Shown: positions 57,901 through 64,000 of the stretch, piece after piece
Position numbering within the stretch: the stretch's first letter is position 1
Layout: the number at the start of each line of letters is the position of its first letter
Source: an uncultured beta proteobacterium
GTDB taxonomy: Bacteria; Pseudomonadota; Gammaproteobacteria; Burkholderiales; Burkholderiaceae_C
Assembly (NCBI GenBank): GCA_963814435.1
Contig: CAWFCV010000016.1
Coordinates: forward strand, 62,689-126,688
Direction: 5' to 3'
Length of the DNA stretch: 64,000 nt
Position numbers and translations under genes: made by a program
Notes under the pieces: generated by a model
What the model saw: the letters and a program-made list of their open reading frames with translations, nothing else
Database searches by the model: none
Told to the model about the DNA's origin: nothing

Positions 57901-58527
57901 ATGCAGCAGAGTCTTCTTCTCGCGATCGACAAGATCAGCACCTTCGCCGGGCAGGCGTTTTCCTGGCTGATCGTGCTGCTCACATTGCTGATCTCGTGGG
58001 AGGTGTTCTCGCGCTATGCGCTGGACAGGCCCCACGCCTGGGCTTTCGACGTCATGATCATCATGTACGGCACGCTGTTCATGATGGCCGGCGCCTACAC
58101 GCTGGCCAAGTCGGGGCACGTGCGCGGCGACGTGCTGTACGGCTTCTTCGAGCCGCGCACACAGGCCACGATCGACCTGATCCTGTACGTGCTGTTCTTC
58201 ATTCCGGGCGTCGTCGCGCTGACCTACGCCGGCACCACCTTCGCGGCCGAGTCCTGGACCATGAACGAGCACTCCAGCATCAGCTCCGAGGGCCCGCCGA
58301 TCTATCCTTTCAAGACCATGCTGCCGTTGGCCGGCGGTTTGCTGCTGCTGCAGGGCATCGTCGAAATCTGGCGCTGCGTGATCTGCATCCGCCAGGGGCA
58401 GTGGCCCTCGCGCGAGGAAGACGTGGAAGAGGTCGACGTCGACAAGCTCAAGGAGATGGTGCACGTGGCTGACGCCGACATCGACAAGCTCGATCAGTTC
58501 GTCGTGCGGCAAGGGGGCACGAAATGA
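57901..58527 (+). CDS. TRAP transporter small permease (DctQ type, COG4665-like)
   Basis: ATG 57901 in ORF 57886..58527. Four TM helices plus an acidic C-terminal tail. Confidence 0.85.
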   Translation: MQQSLLLAIDKISTFAGQAFSWLIVLLTLLISWEVFSRYALDRPHAWAFDVMIIMYGTLFMMAGAYTLAKSGHVRGDVLYGFFEPRTQATIDLILYVLFFIPGVVALTYAGTTFAAESWTMNEHSSISSEGPPIYPFKTMLPLAGGLLLLQGIVEIWRCVICIRQGQWPSREEDVEEVDVDKLKEMVHVADADIDKLDQFVVRQGGTK

Positions 58528-60596
58528 CGATCCGCAAGGAACTCTGGTTCGGCCTGTCGCTGATGGCGGTGATCCTGACCACGGTGGTGATCTTCATGCC
58601 CTGGTCCAACTTCGTCGATGGGCACCTGAGCCGGGCCGATCTCGGCTACCTCGGGCTGCTGATGCTGGCGCTGATCGTGGTGGCGATCATGCTCGGCTTT
58701 CCGACCGCCTTCACGCTGATGGGCATGGGCATGGCCTTCGGCTGGCTCGCCTACCGCAGCGTCAACCCGGAGCTCGCCACGCGGCAGATCCTCGACCTGA
58801 TGGTGCAGCGTGCCTATTCGGTGATGTCCAACGACGTGCTGATCGCCATTCCGCTGTTCGTCTTCATGGGCTACCTGGTCGAGCGTGCGAACCTGATCGA
58901 AAAGCTGTTCAAGAGCCTGCACCTGTCGCTGGCGCGGGTGCCGGGCGCGCTGGCGGTGGCCACCATCGTCACCTGCGCGATCTTCGCCACGGCCACCGGC
59001 ATCGTGGGCGCGGTCGTGACGTTGATGGGGCTGCTGGCGCTGCCGGCGATGCTGCGCGCCGGCTACAGCGTCAAACTGGCCGCCGGCGCGATCACCGCGG
59101 GCGGCTGCCTGGGCATCCTGATTCCACCGTCGGTGCTGCTGATCGTCTATGGCGCCACCGCGGGCGTGTCGGTCGTCAAGCTGTACGCGGGGGCATTCTT
59201 CCCCGGGATCATGCTGGCCGCGCTGTACGTGGGTTATGTCATCACCGTGGCGAAGCTCAAGCCGCACCTCGCGCCGCCGTTGTCGGCCAGTGATCGCGTG
59301 GTTCCGTTGCCGGCGCTGTCGCAGACCTTGAGCGCGCGCAGCGGCAACGCGCTGCGGGGGCTGCTCGGGGCGCTTGGCACGCCATCGCTGCCCACGCGCC
59401 AGGTGGCCGGGCAGTTGTTCGTGTCGTTGTTGCCCGCGATCTCGATCGTCGCCCTGCTGGGCTTGATGTATGCCTCCGCAACGGCGCCGGAGGCTGCGGT
59501 CGACACCACCGGCCTGGTGCAGGCGGGTGGCTCGATCGCTGCGGAGGCCGACAAGCCGGCCGAAGCGGCCGGTTCGCTCCAGGAGCCCCCGAAGGAGACT
59601 GGCGGACTGCAGGAGCCGCCCAGGGAAGCCGGCGGCTTGCAGGAGCCGCCGAAGGACGAGGGCGGCGTGAAGGAGCCTGCGAGCGAAGCCAAGGCAGCGG
59701 CATCTTCGCCACCGCCCGCGGCCGTCGCCAAGGCGACCACGGCCGGGAAGGCCGCATCGCCCGCCCCGACCTCGACCGCCGCGGCGCGAGTGCCTGCGCC
59801 AACCTGGTACTGGATCGTGTTCGGGCTGGGCATGGCGGGCCTGGTGCTCGTCAACTGGTTGATGAGCTGGCAGCGGCTGGAGATCTTCAAGATGCTGCTG
59901 GCGTCGTTCTTCCCGCTGGCGGTGATGATCATCGCGGTGCTCGGCTCGATCGTCTTCGGCCTGGCCACGCCGACCGAGGCGGCGGCCGTCGGGGCGTTCG
60001 GAGGCCTGGTCCTGGCAGGCGCCTATCGCTTCGTCGCCGCCAGGCAGGCCCAGAGTGGCAATCCAGTTGTCAAGACCCTGGTCGACCTGGGCGGCATCAT
60101 CAAGGAGTCGTCGTTCCTCACTGCCAAGACCAGCGCGATGGTGTGCTGGCTGTTCGTTGGCTCGTCGATCTTCTCGGCCTCGTTCGCGCTGCTCGGCGGG
60201 CAGGAGATCATCGAGCGCTGGGTGCTCTCGCTCGGTCTGACGACGTTGCAGTTCATGCTGCTCAGCCAGTTCATCATCTTCATCCTCGGCTGGCCGCTGG
60301 AATGGACCGAGATCATCGTGATCTTCATGCCGATCTTCATTCCGCTGCTGGCCAAGTTCAACGTCGACCCGTTGTTCTTCGGCCTGCTGGTGGCGCTGAA
60401 TCTGCAGACCGCGTTCCTGAGCCCACCGGTCGCGATGGCGGCGTTCTACCTGAAAGGCGTGTCGCCGCGCCACGTCACGCTGAACCAGATCTTCGCGGGG
60501 ATGATGCCGTTCATGGGCATCCAGGTGGTGGCACTGGCGCTGCTGTACGTGTTCCCGCAGATCGGCATGTGGCTGCCGCAGCTGCTGTACAAGTGA
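58524..60596 (+). CDS. TRAP transporter large permease (DctM type) carrying a ~180-aa low-complexity insertion
   Basis: 690-aa ORF, ATGA overlap with dctQ. The DctM-like N and C halves are separated by a Pro/Ala/Glu-rich segment (residues ~255-440) that contains tandem decapeptides. Confidence 0.9.
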   Translation: MTIRKELWFGLSLMAVILTTVVIFMPWSNFVDGHLSRADLGYLGLLMLALIVVAIMLGFPTAFTLMGMGMAFGWLAYRSVNPELATRQILDLMVQRAYSVMSNDVLIAIPLFVFMGYLVERANLIEKLFKSLHLSLARVPGALAVATIVTCAIFATATGIVGAVVTLMGLLALPAMLRAGYSVKLAAGAITAGGCLGILIPPSVLLIVYGATAGVSVVKLYAGAFFPGIMLAALYVGYVITVAKLKPHLAPPLSASDRVVPLPALSQTLSARSGNALRGLLGALGTPSLPTRQVAGQLFVSLLPAISIVALLGLMYASATAPEAAVDTTGLVQAGGSIAAEADKPAEAAGSLQEPPKETGGLQEPPREAGGLQEPPKDEGGVKEPASEAKAAASSPPPAAVAKATTAGKAASPAPTSTAAARVPAPTWYWIVFGLGMAGLVLVNWLMSWQRLEIFKMLLASFFPLAVMIIAVLGSIVFGLATPTEAAAVGAFGGLVLAGAYRFVAARQAQSGNPVVKTLVDLGGIIKESSFLTAKTSAMVCWLFVGSSIFSASFALLGGQEIIERWVLSLGLTTLQFMLLSQFIIFILGWPLEWTEIIVIFMPIFIPLLAKFNVDPLFFGLLVALNLQTAFLSPPVAMAAFYLKGVSPRHVTLNQIFAGMMPFMGIQVVALALLYVFPQIGMWLPQLLYK
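59571..59690 (+). repeat. Four tandem 30-bp in-frame repeats inside dctM
   Basis: ggttcgctccaggagcccccgaaggagact / ggcggactgcaggagccgcccagggaagcc / ggcggcttgcaggagccgccgaaggacgag / ggcggcgtgaaggagcctgcgagcgaagcc, encoding G(S/G)LQEPPKEx units. Confidence 0.85.
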
Positions 60597-60634
60597 GTCG
60601 GTGCCAGCGGTGCTGTCCGTGCCAGGCCTGCTGC

Positions 60635-62967
60635 TCAATCCGGCAGACGATAGCGCGTGCTCGGGCCCTTTCCCGTCTGCGTGAGCAGGCCGCGCTCGGC
60701 AAGTGTGGCGAGATGCTTGGAGGCGGTGGCCGGGCTCAAGCCGCAAAGCTCGGCGTAGCCGCTCTTGTTGATCGCGCCGTCGCGCAGCAGGTGTTCTACA
60801 AGGGCGGCGCGGCGCGCGTCGTCGAGCAAGTCGGCGCTGCTGCGTTTCCAATCCGACAACAAGCGCTGCTCCTGCGTAAGTTCCCGATCGAATGTTTCGC
60901 GCAGCTGGCGTAGTTCCACTGCGAAACGTTCGCCGAGATGGTGCCTGTCGATCAGCTGGCGGGCCGCCTCGCGCTCCTTGGTCGAGATCGCGAGGTAGGC
61001 ATTCGCGATCGCGAGGCGAGCGCGCACGTGGGCCTCGGGCGTCACTGGAAGCGCAAGTACGGCGCGATGCTGCTGAATCTCGCTCATCTGCGCAAAGTGC
61101 ACCGCCGACTCTTCGGGCAGCAACCGGTCACGTGAGGGCTGCTGCTGGTCGCCGAGCACCTCGGCTTTCAGCGCGCGCGTCGCATCGACCAGCGCCGCGC
61201 TGCTTTCCGACAGCGGCGCGGCCAGCACCGCGTTGGCATGCAGGTCGCCAAGTCGTTCGTCCTCGGCCCCGCGCTGAGCGACGAAGCGTTTGTAGTAGGC
61301 CTCGGCGAGGTTGTGGTGTGCTCGATTGGCGTGAAGACGCAAATTCGCCTTGAGGGCACCATCGAGCGCAAGCTTGTAGTGCTCGATCGCCGGATCCAGC
61401 TTGCCTGCCCAGAAGTAGATCAGGCCAAGATTGCCCTGCGAGCTTACGACAATAGCCGGGTCCCAATTGGGCGCTTCTCGGCGGCCTGCACGCACAAGAC
61501 TGGTGTACGCGATGGCCCGATCGAAATCCTTGGTCTCGCCATGGACAGAATCCCCAGATTGAGATGTGTGACCATCACTGATCGTTGGTCGCCTACGCGC
61601 TCGAAGATGTTGAGCGCGCGGTGCTTGTGGTCCAGTGCCGTGCGCAGATCGGCGGCCTGTCGCCAGTACTCGCCCCAGGTTTGCTCCAGCATGCCGAGCA
61701 CGGCGTCGGTCATGGCCAGACGAGATCGCAGGACTCTGTGCCGTCGAGCACGGTGCGCGCGCGCGGGTCATTGCGCGCGACGTACAGCCAGGCCAGCCGC
61801 ACCATCGTCGTCAGTACCTGCTCGCAGACTGCACGGTCATCGGCCGGAGTTCGGCTCGCCGCAGGAATTCCGCGCTGTCTTGGTAGCAGCGCAACGCACG
61901 GTCTGCGTCCCGTGGCTCGTGGTAGCTGCCCAGCGCGCTGTAGGCAATGCCGATCAGCAGCGATCGCCGGCGCGGAGGCGCATTGCAGCGCCCGCTCGTA
62001 GGCCGCCAGCTCGCGTTCGTCTCGTTTCGGGTGCGGCCGAGCCGCGGCACGCGCCAGCCAAAGGTCGAACTGCGTGCCTTGCAGGCAGCGAACCGAAATC
62101 GATGCCGCTCCGACCAGCGCATCGGTCTCGGGCTCAGCGGCCAGCGCGCTGGCGTGCGTCTCGCAGTGTCGCGACCAGCGACGCTGGCTCGCCGGCCTGC
62201 AGCTGATGCCACAACGCCGACGTCGATCGTCACGGCGCGTCAGGGCACGTTCAGCCTGCTGGCGATGCCAGAACTGGCGGCTCGCCTCGCGCTCAGGCCG
62301 AGTTGCCGGAACGCCTCGGACTGCACGAAACGCCGCAACGACAGCCGGCGCGGCACGCCGGTGGTCGGCTCGAGCGCGATCTGCGCCATTTGCCGCCGTG
62401 CCCGATCCACGTAGCGATAGAAGGTGCTGGCCCCACGCCCCACAGTCCGCACAAATTGTCGAGCGCAGCTTCGTCAGAGGACGCGACGGTAGCGGTCACG
62501 GAATTCGGGCACTGGTACGCTAGGCAGTGGCACACCACGGCGAGCATCGGGCGCCAGCTGTCAGGTTGAGCCAAGCCTCGCGGTCGATGCCGTCGAAACT
62601 GGGATCCAGGTCGGGCCGCAGCTGGGTGACCAGCCAGTGCAGCAGCGTGGTGGCCAGCAGCTCGGCATGCTGATCCCCTTCGAAGCCGTCGCCGCCTGCG
62701 CCGATAGCGATCGTCCGCCATCGACGCATCGAGCCACCGTGTTGCGCGCGGGCGCGTTCCAACAACTCCGCGCAGCTTGCCGATTCGGGCGGCGTTCAGC
62801 GCCTGATCGATCAACGCCTCGGCGAGCGGGCGTGCCAGATCGGCGCCATCGAGCGACCGTCGTGAGCTTGACGGGCGCACGGAACGCTGGACTGGAGCAT
62901 CGACGCGACGGGCCACCAGCTCGCGCGCGACGATGACCGGTCGTAACGCCGCGCCAAGGCTTGCCAA
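60635..62967 (-). pseudogene. TPR-repeat protein with a C-terminal winged-helix DNA-binding domain and an internal HTH-like segment. Many frame disruptions. May be one long gene or two adjacent genes.
   Basis: C-terminal piece (ORF 60635..61771): TPR-like helices (NLGLIYFWAGKLDPAIEHYKLAL, AHHNLAEAYYKRF), then INKSGYAELCGLSPATASKHLATLAERGLLTQTGKGPSTRYRL. Upstream pieces in ORFs 61444..61713, 61811..62233 (IGIAYSALGSYHEPRDADRALRCYQDSAEFL), 62240..62452 (GASTFYRYVDRARRQ) and 62520..62765. The 5' limit is a guess. Confidence 0.45.
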
Positions 62968-63058
62968 CTTGGGATGGCGTAGTGTATCGACCGCAGTGTT
63001 CTGATCCCGGCTGGCGGCGCAGCCCTACGCTTGACGGCCTCGAACACAGAGAACCACC

Positions 63059-64000
63059 ATGCCAAGCCTGCCCCTACTGCTGCCGCTGGACCCAAACAAG
63101 CCGAGGCACCGACAGCGTGGTGCTTGCGGTGTTTGCGCCGTTCGGCACGGACCCGAGCTGAGCACCTATCCAGGCACGTCAGCGTGTGCCGATCGAGAAG
63201 CAGCCGCTGGTGCGCTCGCTGCAGCAGGTGGCCAAGCTAGGGCGTGCACGTTAGGCGCTGATCGATCTGTTCGACGACTACAGCTATTTGGTGGAGATTC
63301 CGGCTGGACAGCCGAACCAGATGCGATGCACTCGGCATGGAAGCAGGACATGAGCTCGCACAGGTCGTTGGCCGGGTTTCTGCGTTCACCGCACGCACGA
63401 GCGCCATCCGTGCTCCGACCCTGGTGCTGGCACTCGAGGGTCACGGTGCCGGGTATCTGCCCGACTGGACGCGACGCATCAGCGCCCCGGCTGCCAACCG
63501 CGGCGGGGTACCTGGAAGATCAGCGACGGCATCTCGAGGGGTCGCGCGGCGCGGGCCGCCGCTTGCTCGGCTTCGCGTATCCGGAACTGCCCGTGCCCGT
63601 CCCCGACCTGCCGAGCATGCGATTGCCGATCTCCACCTGGGGCCTGGGCGAGGCCCTGCGCCTGGCGCGAGCCGCCAAAGTGCCGAAGCCCGCGGTCGTC
63701 CATTTCAACAACTGCTTCAACATGTCGGTCGAGGTGCTGCACACGGTGCGCGATTTGGCCGACTACGCCACCAGCTACTGCAACTACAACTTCTACTCGG
63801 CGGGTGCGGCCTACGCGCAGGTGTTCCGGCGTCTGCGCAATGCCGGCACGGCCACGCGCGAAGAGCTGGCGAAGTGGTTTGCGCTGGAGAACCAGCAGGC
63901 ACTCAAGACTCCAAGGGTTCTTCCCGACCATCGGTGGTTCGGTGCGGTTGAAGGAATGGATCGCATCGGCGCGGCAGTCGACGCATTTGGCCACCGCGCT
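63059..64000 (+). pseudogene. Clostripain (peptidase C11)-like caspase-fold protease homologue. Dense frame disruptions. Continues past the right window edge.
   Basis: Pieces in three frames: VVLAVFAPFGTDP, VPIEKQPLVRSLQQVAKLGVHV-ALIDLFDDYSYLVEI, SLAGFLR, TLVLALEGHGAGYLPDW (His-Gly dyad), PAVVHFNNCFNMSVEVLHTVRDLADYATSYCNYNF (catalytic-Cys-like motif, compare FDACLM of C11). The frame from ATG 63059 has no stop up to 64000. Confidence 0.45.

Noticed and set aside
59571-59690. Tandem 30-bp repeats as a possible CRISPR-like array
   Set aside because: The repeats are directly adjacent with no spacers. They lie in frame inside the dctM ORF, they degenerate at codon third positions, and no cas genes are present.
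63159-63256. In-frame TGA (63159) and TAG (~63252) in the C11-like gene as selenocysteine, pyrrolysine or read-through signals
   Set aside because: The surrounding sequence switches between frames within a few codons. For example, aagcta[g]ggcgtgcacgtt[ag]gcgctg restores KLGVHVALIDLFDD. The stops are therefore by-products of local indels, and no SECIS-like hairpin is evident.
63479-63994. 171-aa minus-strand ORF and the 204-aa plus-strand ORF 63337..63951
   Set aside because: The minus ORF is antisense to the C11-like reading. Only the first ~45 aa of 63337..63951 (up to ..LEGHGAGYLPDW) are genuine protease sequence; the rest is an Arg/Gly-rich out-of-frame read.
60600-64000. Mobile genetic element or genomic-island boundary
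   Set aside because: I found no integrase, transposase, tRNA attachment site, inverted terminal repeats or direct repeats in the window. The region may be accessory, but this cannot be supported as a mobile element from the sequence available.

Overview
Very GC-rich betaproteobacterial chromosomal segment (Burkholderiales-like, inferred only from gene content and order), dominated by housekeeping genes on both strands. Left to right: a GGDEF/EAL protein; a split cobalamin-dependent methionine synthase whose large piece follows an SAH-riboswitch-like leader; comM; a sigma-54/NtrC-type torF-glnK-amtB nitrogen module; gshA, kup, gshB; ABC-F uup. Then a MocR-type regulator divergent from a translationally coupled six-gene operon (DMT, aminotransferase, dehydratase, PhzF, VOC, AlaX); cytochrome c' plus cytochrome b; a small sugar-acid module; the complete atpIBEFHAGDC operon; ppk2; a LemA-TPM-TPM triad. 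Next comes a compact exosortase cassette, which I consider the most interesting system here: a VIT-vWA protein with a PEP-CTERM-like tail, a minimal exosortase, an EpsI-like protein and a GT51 transglycosylase fusion. Then cutA/ridA/amidotransferase/hydrolase/Nudix genes; cytochrome b561 plus two YceI; and a Tat-signal TRAP transporter with an unusually long DctM. At the right edge a heavily disrupted TPR/winged-helix gene lies divergent from a clostripain(C11)-like protease gene. I recognised no rRNA, tRNA, CRISPR array, transposase or integrase. By manual count at least ~40 single-base frame disruptions cluster in four blocks (~4.3-11.8 kb, ~28.9-38.1 kb, ~43.3-45.3 kb, ~60.7-64 kb). They hit obviously essential genes (metH, amtB, gshA, atpB, atpH), while the long stretches between the blocks are clean. 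This looks like consensus/assembly error rather than real gene decay. Frameshifted genes are listed as pseudogene with their reconstructed extent.
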